From the NCBI GenBank assembly GCA_030141605.1, contig JAQGDQ010000095.1, positions 62,001 through 126,000 of the forward strand: 64,000 nt of DNA, in the 5' to 3' direction. Below the pieces are notes generated by a model. It worked only from the letters and a program-made list of their open reading frames with translations. It was not told the origin of the DNA and ran no database searches. This document shows positions 39,925 through 52,286 of the stretch, in pieces. The stretch comes from Tubiluchus corallicola (lineage: Eukaryota > Animalia > Priapulida). Position numbers and translations under genes: made by a program. Position 1 is the first letter of the stretch. Each line of letters starts with the position of its first letter.

Positions 39925-41930
39925 AGCCTAGTAACTACATTTGTGCCCACGGAGGATGTAAACAACAATTTGACTCAGCATGGTCACTTGTACAACATGT
40001 CCAGAATTGTCATCGTGTCAAAATATATGTGGACAGAAATGCTCAACTATCATCACCAGTGAAGAGCAGTCCACCAAGCTCAGCACAACCATCTCTCATG
40101 GTGCCTCCACCACATGTGAGTGTGCCATTGTCACTAGAACCGCCTCCGCCTCCTTTTTTGATGAGGCTTCCGGACCGTCATCCGTTGTCGTCTGCTGCAA
40201 ACCATCACACACCTTTCTCCCGTCCATCTAGTCATCATGAGTTTCGCATGGAGCTTATGAATGAAGCGCTACACAGGTTAAACCCACATTTTGCATTGCC
40301 TTCGTTAGAACCACCATTTTCAGTAGAACGTCCATTACCCTATGAACGACCCCCGCATCCTCCTGTTGCCCCGCCGCCACCACCTTCGTTAACTCGTCAG
40401 CAATCCCTAGAAGGAATAGATTTCTATTCACAGAGATTACGACAGCTCGCTGGCACAACTACTAGTCCACCGTCCCAAGGCACATCTCCTTCGCCACGGA
40501 AATATACACCACCATTTTCACAAGGCCCACACAGTGTGAGTCAGTCACCGACTTTGCGTACTACACCCAGCACAACCCCCACACCCGCACAATCTACTAG
40601 TAGTCATCTGAGTGCAAAGCACAAATCCTGTGAGTTCTGCGGTAAAAACTTTCGATTTCAGAGCAATTTGATTGTACACCGACGTTCACATACAGGGGAG
40701 AAACCTTTTAAATGTCACATCTGTAACCACGCTTGCACTCAGGCCAGCAAGCTTAAACGTCACCTGAAAACGCACCAAAATAAATCACCTGGTTCAATGC
40801 TTTCAGAAGATGCTGCTAGTCGTGTTTCTAGCAACAGCACTCCTGAGTCTGGGGGGAAATCTGATAGTAAAGATGAAGATGAAGACTCCCTTATGGCAGG
40901 AGAAGATGATGAAGACAAAGATGATGATGTTGATGAGGATGACCCTATGGAGGAGGAGGATTATGCTGCAGAAATAGCTTTAGCAAGAGCTTCAGAAAGT
41001 GGAGCAGCCTCCACTGAATCGCGACAGTCAGTCCTAGAAGCTGTAATGCAAGATATAGGTTTAAACAACATACCACAATACAATGAGGCATATAGAGCAG
41101 CAAAAGACGAAAATATCAAGCTTAAAGAAGAGATCAGCGAAAATGGTATGGACAGTGAACAAAAAGTAGAAGATTCTGATGAGAAGGACCGCAAGAGTAG
41201 TACCCCAGAAAAGGAAATGCCTGGTCTCTCACATTCAGCCCACTGTAGTAGCGAACATCCTGTGACAGCACATCATGAGACGGGTGGATCAAGTAGGGGA
41301 AATGATATCAACCACATGCAGAAAATCAAACTCGAATACCCTGATCCACCTCGTCCTGCAGACATGGCCGACATTTTTCGCAATAGTCTGAGTTGGTACC
41401 AACGTGATATGTTAAATTTTGGTCCATCTCTACCTGGCCCAGGCGTGCTGAACTTTACAAAACACAGCAAACCACCAATTGAAAGTGCCTTGAATCGTGA
41501 TAATCTTGCAGGAGCCAGCAGCCTGCTGTCTGCGGGGTCGCCACGTCCCAAAGACAAGTCGAAGAATGACACCTGTGAGTATTGTGGTAAAGTGTTTAAG
41601 AACTGTAGCAATTTGACCGTGCACAGAAGAAGCCATACTGGAGAGAAGCCATATAAATGTCAGTTATGTTCCTACGCTTGTGCACAGAGCAGCAAATTGA
41701 CCCGCCACATGAAGACCCATGGCCGCATTGGTAAGGATGTGTTTCGCTGCCGATTCTGCGACATGCCATTTTCCGTTCCGAGTACATTAGAAAAGCACAT
41801 GCGCAAGTGTGTCGTCAGCCAAAAGGCCCTCGCTTCAGCAATGGCGTCTTCTGGACACTCGGGTTTGAATTTGAGCATGTCTGATAATGACTCGAAGGAC
41901 TCCAACAAGGAACGCATGACTCCTACGTGA
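39925..41930 (+). CDS. BCL11A: BCL11-family zinc-finger transcription factor, large terminal coding exon (ZF1, ZF2-3, acidic tract, ZF4-6; stop TGA)
   Basis: Acceptor ttttatcgtttcAG (39923-24) inside ORF 39846..41930. BCL11 hallmarks: EPSNYIC...SAWSLVQHVQNCH, DFYSQRLRQLAG, KSCEFCGKNFRFQSNLIVHRRSHTGEKP, CTQASKLKRH, D/E tract, DTCEYCGKVFKNCSNLTVHRRSHTGEKPYKC, AQSSKLTRHMKTH, MPFSVPSTLEKHMRK. Invertebrate gene, so co-orthologous to BCL11A and BCL11B; the symbol is family-level. Confidence 0.97.
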
Positions 41931-44900
41931 GGACTGGCCTACCTAAATTCAAATCTCTTATTAACGACCACTGCTGTGGTATATAAGTAGCACATGAACC
42001 CAGTTCAACGTAGTGAGTGTTTTAACTTGTTTGTTCTTGTTGTGAACTAAAAGTTCTTCTTGGCTGAATACCATGTAAATTCCTTTTGTAAGCTATTGAT
42101 TTTATAAAGTAAAGGAAAGAAAACTATAAGTTCTGCCAGTAAATGTCTAGGAATGAACTGTGAACTAGTCAAGTTTGGATGTATCTATACGTAGATAAGA
42201 AATTTATATATAATTTTGTATATGATTATGTTAGAATATTAACTTGTGTGCATTTAATGCCTTACATGTTCATTTTGTGCTCAGTGGTGAGCATTATATT
42301 AATGCGTTGTTATACTTGAAGTTTGCCCCGGTGTAGGTTTTTTGTATTTTTAAATCTCACGTGCTGCATATTGTTGTTTTTGTAATAAAACACAAAACAG
42401 TTTGTGATTTTCACCCTATCTAAGACCTAACCACATATTGACATGCAATTACCATGTCTGGAAACTTGCTAATTGCATTTATTTTTTTAATTTTCTTCAG
42501 CAGTAGTGATGACCAAATTAATCTAATTGGCTTAAATCTTTGCCATTGACATTTTATGATGGCTTTCATTCAACTGCCACTCATTCTTACTTTTAGCGTA
42601 AAAGAGTGTGGTTCATAATATATTAAAAGTTTTTTAATGATTTCTGAATTAATCCCCATGTCTAATCCTGTATAGATCAGAGTGTCTTTTATATTATTTC
42701 CTGTGTTCAGTCGAGCCTTTCAGACTGACTGTGGCCACTACATATGACTTATAGTACCTATGTACTATACATTTTTCTACCATTCTTATTACTACACTGT
42801 GCAACTGTATTCCATCGTACTGTGTTCCTTGTGTATTAAATGTACCCCGCTTGTGCCTTGTCATTGTTTTTATTAATTCATGATTTTACTATGTATGTCC
42901 TACTAGCTTTTTATAAATCAGTACTCATGCACTTCTAATGGAAAGTATTTTGGTGCGTGCAAAGTTTTTTATTAGTCCTAAGTATTTTCTAGTATTACCA
43001 TATGTTATAAAAAACCATATTTCACTCTCTTATACCACAAACCATTTCTATTGCAATTTCTGCTTCAGTGTGATAGCCTTTTGATGAACTAGTAATACCT
43101 AAAGTTTTAACTATACACTGCTGAGTAATCTTGATTACCACTTAGTTGGTATACTTCTGATTTGGATGACTCATATTAACTGCTCAAGTGAAGCCATGCA
43201 TGTAATTATTAATAAGACAGAAAGCAGTGATATTGTTCCAAGTTAAGTTTAGAATGCCTGTGCATTTCCGGTGAATGTCTTTTCCGGTTTCATGTAATCT
43301 ACATTTTCTTAATTTTTCTTTATTCTGTATCCCAGTGAGCACTAATTGTAAAAATAATTTGCTGTTTATTGTTAGTTACATTATATTTGTTTTTCCATGT
43401 TTTCCCGGTAAAGATGAAAAATTCCCGGTTAAGGAATAAAATGTCAGCAGTACTACGTTACTGATATTTTTCCATGAAATCAAAGTTACTCAGTAATTAA
43501 TCTTTTTAAACTCTGTTATCAAATACAGGATAACTTAAATTTGTCCCGTTGATGTTAGATCCTGGTGATTTAAATATAGTTAAATGTTCTTATCAAATGT
43601 GCATGTATTTTTATTGTAACTTTCCTGGTGATTTGAATATAATTTTAAGTATTAAACTTTCATTGCTCTGCATGATTTGCAGTCTTACAAACTGTAGACA
43701 TTACAATGTGTTTCTTTTGTGATTAGCATTTCTGGATGAAGTGTTCAAAGAAACTCTGTAAACAAATGCATGTGTTTATGTGCCTACAAATAAGATTTAC
43801 AAAATCAATAGTTTTCTTGTGAATGTAAATTTCTTTTTATTGTTTGCAGGATAATGCTTACAAGAGTATTCATTTTTTCTGGTGATACTTCTTGGTTTCT
43901 TTTTATAAGAATTTTTGGGTGAATAATGTAATAGAATTTTTAAAAAAAAAGTGTATATAGATTAATTTTAGATTATTGCCATTGTCCGGTGTAGTAAATT
44001 TGAACAGCCAAAACAAGCAAAATTTTACCAATATCCACAGAATATTTAATGAAGTTTTAAGAGTTAACTTCTGTAATTTGTCAGACTAACATTGTTTCAC
44101 AATCCTGAAATCCGTTTGGGTACTATAAGTTATCAACTATGTCTTCACTTTACTTGTAATAGCTAGCTAGGCTCACACTGATTTTCATTGTGTATGCCAG
44201 AATTTCCATTTTGTAGTTCGTCCCGGTTTTTTTTATTGGATGTTTAATGTGTATATACTGCAGTGTAGCTATAAGCGCTTAAATATTATCTGTTTTATAG
44301 TTTGTTTTTATTTTGTTGTTCAATGGACTTGTGGTCTGTTGTTAGTCTTAGTTGTGCTTTGCATTGGCTCTGCCTTCATAATGCAGAAAAGTTCACCTGG
44401 TTTTTGTAAATTAATAATTGCCTTGAAAATAGCGTCTGGTCCTATAATGTACACGTCACAGAAGCACATTTCTGCATATCATAAACTCCAATATGTAACA
44501 CTCATGGAAAAGTTTGAAAAGAAGTAGAAGAGTTGTTTTTGCTTTCCTGTTTTGGATGCAGTTTACATTTCCAGTTGCTTTTTGTTTTATTTTGTTATGT
44601 CAGATCTGTACTTATAGCAGTGCACTGCTAACACGATATACACGTCTGTGTACAAATCCATGTTAGGGCTTCTTTTATTATTATCATAATAGATACTGCT
44701 TGGGCAGTCTAAACACTTTCTTTGTCTTGTGTGCACGTTGCCTATGTCATTTTATTAATGCGTGTGGAATACTTAATATTCGCTCTTTGTTCTAGGCTAT
44801 AACCACTAAAATCCATATCATGTATCTATAACCCAATGTGTTAAGTTTGGGGAAATATTTCTCCTATAACTAACTACATATTTTTATAAACATTGTATAA

Positions 44901-46010
44901 AACTTCCATGTATGTGACATCTAGATTTTCTAGGCGTTTTTTCTATGAGGCTGTAAAGACGGACGCAGTCCGTTATCTGTTACATGGCATGAAGAACTTT
45001 ACTGAACGTACTATTCTGCAATCTTCTGTTTATTTTTAATAAGTTAATGACTAATTGTTTCCAAAAATCAACTGATTATTAAAAGGACAAGATTGTATTT
45101 CTTAATCGACAGCTAAAGTTAGTTATAATTGCATTTACGAATGTAGCTAAACCTGTAATCAACAAACGTGAAGTAGAGCTTGGAGGAAATATTGCCATCG
45201 CATTTCACTTTGCTTTATCAAAACTTTACAAAAATTAAAACCTGTAAATTGTTAATAGATTGTGTGTTAAATATGGAAAATGCAATTTATAAATTCTGTA
45301 GCTACTTCTTTATACTCAAGTTTGCGTGTTAAACTATTCTGTCTAAGCATCTGGATCACTATGCCTTTACTTTTCTTTACTGACATATCCTTAATTACGG
45401 TTTCATTCATGTTTCATTATTAAATGTTTGTATGGAATGATTATTTATCTTCTTGCTTAGACAAACAAAATTATCTGGCATTATTTGTACTTTTGGCAGC
45501 TCATCTAATTTTTGCACATGATGGAACCTCTTGTTATAGCACTATAGAGTTAAAATATTTTTATTATATGGTTTGTATACAGGAATTACTGATGCTGGGT
45601 TTGCTTAATGGCCCTTTCATTGACTAGTGTCCAGCAGGTTGTATTACAAACGTAAGAATGTGTGTAGGTCTTATTTATTTAATTACCGTACATGTAATGT
45701 ACCTGCTTAGACAGCTTATTGATGATACTATATTTATGGTGTTGATACATGTCTCGATTGTACTAAGTACCAGTAAAAATAATATTGTCCTGGTTAAGTA
45801 TATAAAGCATTATTGTTTTGACTTTATTATTCCTTGAAACCAGTACGCAGTGAAGTCTAAATTTCAACATAAGACGAAGAACTTCGTTGTACTCATCATC
45901 CCGCTGAATTTGCTAATACACCTCTAACAGTTTCTGTACCATAGAAGTGCTAATGCACGATGCAAATAAAATCAGTAAATTTAATATAAATAAACCTGCT
46001 CGTCCACTAT
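41931..46010 (+). other. Probable 3' UTR of BCL11 (proximal end near 42.4 kb, possible distal end near 46.0 kb)
   Basis: Follows the stop codon. T/TG-rich, with no recognisable transposons. AATAAA at 42384, 43435, 45965 and 45989. The extent is inferred. Confidence 0.45.
42384..42412 (+). terminator. Proximal polyadenylation signal
   Basis: AATAAA at 42384-89 with an upstream U-rich run and TGTA, then CA dinucleotides and a GU/U-rich downstream element (gtttgtgatttt). Confidence 0.5.
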
Positions 46011-49000
46011 TTTGGCACAGATTCTTTATTTCACATAAACGTGTTAATACATACACAGACAGTACACAATACTATATTCTGCTAAAAGCGATTTTTCATG
46101 AAATTCTTTGTTTGCATAATTATGATTATTTTACCATAGACTTTTAGGCCAGCACACCCTTCCTCCAAAATGTCTCAGTGAGCCGACTTCAAAATACTTG
46201 CACATTAGGTATGATCATATAAATATGGCTTTAGAACATGTTTGATATTAAATTTTGTTGACTTTATTTGATGTCAGAAATAGATACAATTATAAATAAT
46301 AACTACACTGGCTGACATGATTTCAAATTAAATTCAGAAAAAAATGAAAAGGCACGAATGCCTTGAGAATTTTTCTATAAAAAACTGCTATTTTTAGCAG
46401 AGGTTTAATATACCCACAAGATTATGGCTGTCAAACACAAGTTTCAAATAAAAAAAATTAAAACAAGTAACTTCCGAATGCCCTGCGACCTATTTGAAAT
46501 GCAGGTAAATTATGCTGCTTTCCGAAATTTGCTACATTCATCTAGATTCCGTGCCCATATGGACCATGTATCCCGTGTACATCGATGACTACTGACTAGA
46601 AATGTGAGCAAGAACACCTCTCACACCTACCGACAGATGCGTACCTTCTGTTAAAAAAATTTTGGTGCTATTCAGGGACTGACACAATTTAAACAGTTCA
46701 CAAAAAATAAATACAGTAATGCAATGAAATTTAGTACTTGTATTACCATACAAATTTCTGTTGTACTTTCATACTTAGACCAATGTAGCCTTATTTACCA
46801 TGCTTTGCTATCACTCCGTAAAACTAACATAAGATATGTTGGGAATAAAGACACAGGATATGTTACGTACTATGAGCCTAACGCTAAAAAAATTAAGTAA
46901 TGAATTTATTTAAATTAAGCACTTTTCGAACATATGAATTGCCATTAATCTGCTTAGGTTACCAGTATGTAAATGTATCAACTTAGTTGCTTTGTTGGGT
47001 TTGGGGGCCATACCACAAAGAATTTCAATTTAAAGATAATGTGGTACATTTTGCAAAAAAATCACCAAGCTGACCACACAAGTAGGTGACATTCAATATG
47101 CGTCCTTTCATTTCGTGGACTCTAACGGCTATAATTTACAATGACCTTGACATTGAGTCCTTGTTTAGTTTACCACGTCTCGTTACGATTTCCGTTTTGG
47201 GCTTTTGACCCTATCTAAACTTTTCCTAGTCGAACGGGGATGTCATACCAAATGCTGTTTGGAATACAAATAAGTGATCCGGTGGACCAAAAGTCACTGG
47301 AGGCTATCCGCATTAGATTCCCCCATGGACGTGCTTATAGTAGATCCCTGACTTACGCATATTTTACGTATACGCTCATTGGTTTTGGAAAAAACGAAAT
47401 ATGTATACCAAACTGAAACTGGAAAATAATTTGAATGGTGTGGCAGTGGGGAAACAGCAAAACTAGCTTTGCAAAAGCATTTCAAAACAAAACAAAAAAA
47501 TTAAGGAGAAATTCATGATACATTTCGCTTATGGTTATATTTCGAAATATAGGTTACATTTCTCGGTCAATACGATTCAATATTATTTAATACATTATGA
47601 TTCAATATATTTAATAGTACTTGGAGCTTGCCAAATGAATGCAATTATGATAAATGAAGTAAAATAAGCTGTTGACGATTACAAGTCAAAATAAGTTATT
47701 GCCAATTATGCTTACATTGACAATAACAAAGGTGAATACAAAAGGAAACACGTTGCTTAAAATGTTTGCTCGAACTCTTGTTTTTCTTCTGCACTTCAGA
47801 AAACTATCTGTATGACCTAAAAACATTATCAACTTACAAATTTATTATTAATGTTATTTGCCCGTACCCCACAAGGATTTACAGATTATAATCCTGACAA
47901 CTCTTTCTTATGATTTTCCTCCCTGTGGGAATGACTTAATTCACCAATCTCCTCTACTGGTTAGTGTTGTTTTAACCCTTGCCCTCTAGCTTGCTTCCAT
48001 TAGAACATAGTCTCTGCTAGTGGATTAAATTAATAAGTAACCCCTACTGACTGATGACGATCACTCTTACTCATTCGTTTTCAATAATCGTTCACTGCAA
48101 CGCACCTACAATCGCCTAGAATTTGGACAACTTCCAAGCTTTAAAGCCCAAGTATGTAATTGAAGCAAAATTTTTCATATTTTGTGTAACAGTTTAACAG
48201 ACTAATGCTCGGATACTTGTTTTGTTGTTGCACGTGCATGCCATCAATTAATAACAATTAATGTGTGAAAAAACCATAGGGCAGTCTTTGATTAAGGAAT
48301 GAATTCCAAATTGCATACCTAATGAACTGACATAAACTGACGTTAGTAATCAAATCATAGCTTACAGGCAAAACAATCCACATACATGTATGCAGTCATA
48401 AATATATGTTGATATAACTACAAGGAATCCTGCCAGCCCGATTAAGTCATTATGCACAAATGCATACTGCAAAAGTTCTATTAATGAACTCCTTAATTCA
48501 TCCACTTAGCAACCCGTTGACTCGGCATCTAGGATTTGGGTACATAATTAACAACATGCACCCAATTTCGTCACTTAGGCACTTTAGCTTGATCAGTGTT
48601 ATCAAGAGTCTTTGTTACCATGCGTCTAAGTTACAAGATATTCATGCCGTTGCCAAATGACCAGGTTACTAAGTGCCAGACAACCAAGTAAAAGTTTTAT
48701 CAACTACCAAGTGTCCACTGTCCAGTCACGAAATGTTGGAGTTTCCAGTATTTAACCAGTATTAACAGTTCAAGTTACTAAATATTCAGACTGCAAGCTG
48801 AACTATACTGCACAACTACAGGTCCATTTTAAGAACAGATTGTACTAACAGCACCGAAATACAGCTTACTGTCAAGGTAAATCCCCCGAGCCACTAAACC
48901 AGCAGAGGTGACTTTCAAGGAAACAAATACCCGTAGGAAGTATGGCGATTAAATGAATCGCCTAAAAGTAATTTTCTCTCCCTCTCATTTTCTTCCCAGG

Positions 49001-49634
49001 CAAGTCATTGCTTAACTTTTCAGCTAATCGCCCACCGTGACCACTAAGCTACCTCAAAAAAAGACAAGGCATTTCGCTTATGCATTGGTCTTTTAACATA
49101 AACACCAATTGTTTTTAGGTACGATAAGTTACTTACCTTCGTAAAAATACCATAGCTGCACAGTGCACAACAATTGAAAGCAAAAGTAAACTGTAATGAT
49201 TGTACTCAAGCAGAAGTAACAGAATCAGACATTAAACGATTACACATAGAAAGTAGTTATCGTTTTTTCTCGTAGAATGAACATTTCACCCTATCATAGA
49301 CCTGTGAAAGTTTACAGAAAGGAAAATTAATAATGATAATAGAGATGTGGAGTCTAACAAAAAGCAGTTACGTGCTCTATCATCACACCATTAACCATCA
49401 CACACAATCACCTCATTCATTCTGAAATGACAAAAGTTGAAAAATCTATGCCCAAATATTTGCTAGCACTAATACTAGTTTAATGTCCATCTCTGTGTGA
49501 GTTTTAACACCCAAGCGGCTATCTGTAAACAGGCTCGTGTGATTTGCTATTCTTTTTGGGTTTGTTGGAAAGCCAAAAAAGTAAAAGCGTACGTGCGTGT
49601 GTGCGTGTGCGAAATGTAGATAGTATAGAGATTC

Positions 49635-49645
49635 AGAGAGAGAGA

Positions 49646-49697
<52 letters not shown>

Positions 49698-49850
49698 CAG
49701 AGAGGGACGGAAAGAAAGAGAAAGGGAAGAAAGAAAGAAAAAGAGGACGATAGATAGAAAAAGAGAAAGAAAGAGAGAGGGGAAAAAGGGAAGAGACAGA
49801 GTGAGAGAGAAAGAGAGGGGGAAGAGTTCTGCCCACGAGAAAGAGAGAGA
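49635..49850. repeat. (GA)n microsatellite and polypurine tract
   Basis: Near-perfect (GA)n at 49635-49692, followed by about 160 nt that is almost all A/G. Confidence 0.95.
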
Positions 49851-52233
49851 CCCATACCCATAGCACAATACACTGATAGCAGTACAATTTAGTCTAATAC
49901 ACAGCAAACTAAACTAGTCTACACAACAGTGCAATGCTTTCTAAAATATAATAACAAAACATAACGCAACGTCCAGATTAACTCCTTGTTGAAGCAGTGA
50001 GATTCTCGAATATGTTTTTGCTCATTCGCACATTTCCGAAAAAGATGTGTAATTGCGCTTACAGGCAAGAGGTCATTATGATGATCATCGTTTATTATAC
50101 GTTAGTCTATTTCTACGTAACACCCTTTAGGCCTTTTCAGATTAGTAGGTCAAATCGTCCCAATAACCATAAACCTGGAAATAATTAATGAACTAGTAAA
50201 AGACTTCGTGACAAATGGCAGCAATCATCCATCAGATCCAGCTGCTTTGCCACGCCATAAAAAATACATCTACATAATGAATGGTCACAGGAAATAAGCC
50301 ACTATTTTTCTTCGTGCGACTCAATCAAGGGGTTAGATGTCCATTAATCCACTGTTATTATCAATTCCCAGGAAAAAACAGTGCTCAGAAAGTATGCCTT
50401 TGTCACAGATTAATGTGAATTCGGAATGGACGTGTGCACTGTCATATCGTTAATAAAACAGTGACAATCTCCATAATCGTTATTAAAAACAATATAAGCT
50501 TACCAATAGTAACCACTTGCCAATATGAAATTCACATGAAATCCTAAAGCAGGTGTATCTTGTACGTTGCTTAGCATTGTCATTATATAGTACGGTCCTC
50601 CGACAGCAAGAACGGAACTGTAATTGTCTACGACATAGCTAAATTTCCACTGTAAGCAAAACACAAAAGCTGAGTTAACTAATTGCACAGCAGCACTCGT
50701 TTTGAGAACATTACACATCACTGAACAATAGCCATGCATATCAATCACTATTTAACAAACAATAAGCGTGAAGATTTGTCATTCCTATAAAAATAACTTG
50801 CACTTCACACACCTCGAAAACATTAGTTACCGGCACTGCTATGGGTTCATCTTGATATATTTGCGATTTGTAATAATATTTAAATAAAATTAATAATTAT
50901 TTATGGTAAATTTAGTTTTATATTAATTTAATTTACTTTTTATATAACTTATTACAACTTTTTATATTAAGTGTGGGAAATTAGAAATAGTGACAACTGG
51001 ATTTGGGAGTTAGGACTAACTACACCTTAATCAACTGAGACATCTAAGGAAGTTACTGACTAAGTCATTCTGCGTGTATATGATAAGAAATGATATTGTG
51101 TTGGCAGGCGCCCATCGACTGTTGCACTATTATGGCAGGAAACTGCTCGCAACATCACAACTTATATATACAGACTTACTGACTTAGATAGGACTTCATT
51201 AAACGTTTCCTTATGGTAACCCAGTTACGTGAACGGCAGGTCGAAAGTGTTAATATATTACTATGGTCTACGGACAAAACCCACAGTAAAATTTGAGACA
51301 ATTTCATTATTGTTATTAAGTAATACATAAATCCATAGCAGTAATCCATACTTGCAACATGTAAGACTAAGTAATTAAATTTTTACCTTAATTCAACAAG
51401 ACAGACTGCGGACTATACTTTTTCAGTCAAACCACATGATTGGAGAGAAAATCAAAAACTATCGCTCAGATTGATACGTATTACCCTAACGTTTTTAAAA
51501 ATGTTCTTGTAACTTCGAAAAATATAACATTATCATGCTAAACTGTAAAAGAGCCATTTGGATTAGTGCTAACGAATGGGAGAACATTACTAATTATTGC
51601 TAAAAGTTTAGTTTAATCTAGCTCACTTGTTTTGGAGTGGCACGTATCTCATACAATGTAACTCCTTTTTGGTGATTAAAATTTTCCAATTTAGCATTAT
51701 GAGAAAGCTTATGTACATAAATGTTCATTTGTTACAACTGGAATCTTGCTGAACTCCCTACAAATTGAACGAAACATATTGTATAGTTTTCATTTAATAA
51801 ATGTAACTATTCAGTGAGCCGAATGGATACAGAATAGAGGGCACTCATACATTAAATATTTGCGACGGGATCGGAATCTAGTTAACTACGACAAATGACC
51901 TTTAAGATGAGACTATGAACAGCTGACATGAACAAGTGACAATGAACAGGTGACAAGATTCTGAAGTGTCCTAGTTACTCTTGAACACACACACCTTTTT
52001 CAACGAAATATAAAAAAAGACATAAGCGGTATAGCAGTTAACTATTAGTGCACGGTATAATGGCCCATAACCAAGAAAATTTTGAAAATTTTAATTAGGT
52101 CAGGCATGTTAGTACACAATAATCTGTAGCCGGCGTTCTGAATTTAACCCCATTATTCTTAAAAAATAATTCTTAAACCATATAAGAACGGTACGAGAAC
52201 ACCAGAGTGGGAGTTTCTTGAAGCAAAATGAGT

Positions 52234-52286
52234 GAATGACATCAGCGTTCTGGAATAAAATAAGGAATGACATCAGCGTTCTGGAA
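52234..52286. repeat. 22-bp direct repeat, period 31
   Basis: gaatgacatcagcgttctggaa x2, separated by taaaataag. Confidence 0.9.

Noticed and set aside
39980-41917. Overlapping and antisense ORFs inside the terminal exon
   Set aside because: Shadow frames of the real coding sequence with no recognisable domains.
41928-41990. Stop-codon readthrough extension of about 20 codons
   Set aside because: The TGA-G context is not the leaky TGA-C type, and an open stretch this short is unremarkable.
49446-49907. ORFs rich in SL or ER repeats
   Set aside because: Translations of the (GA)n / polypurine tract.
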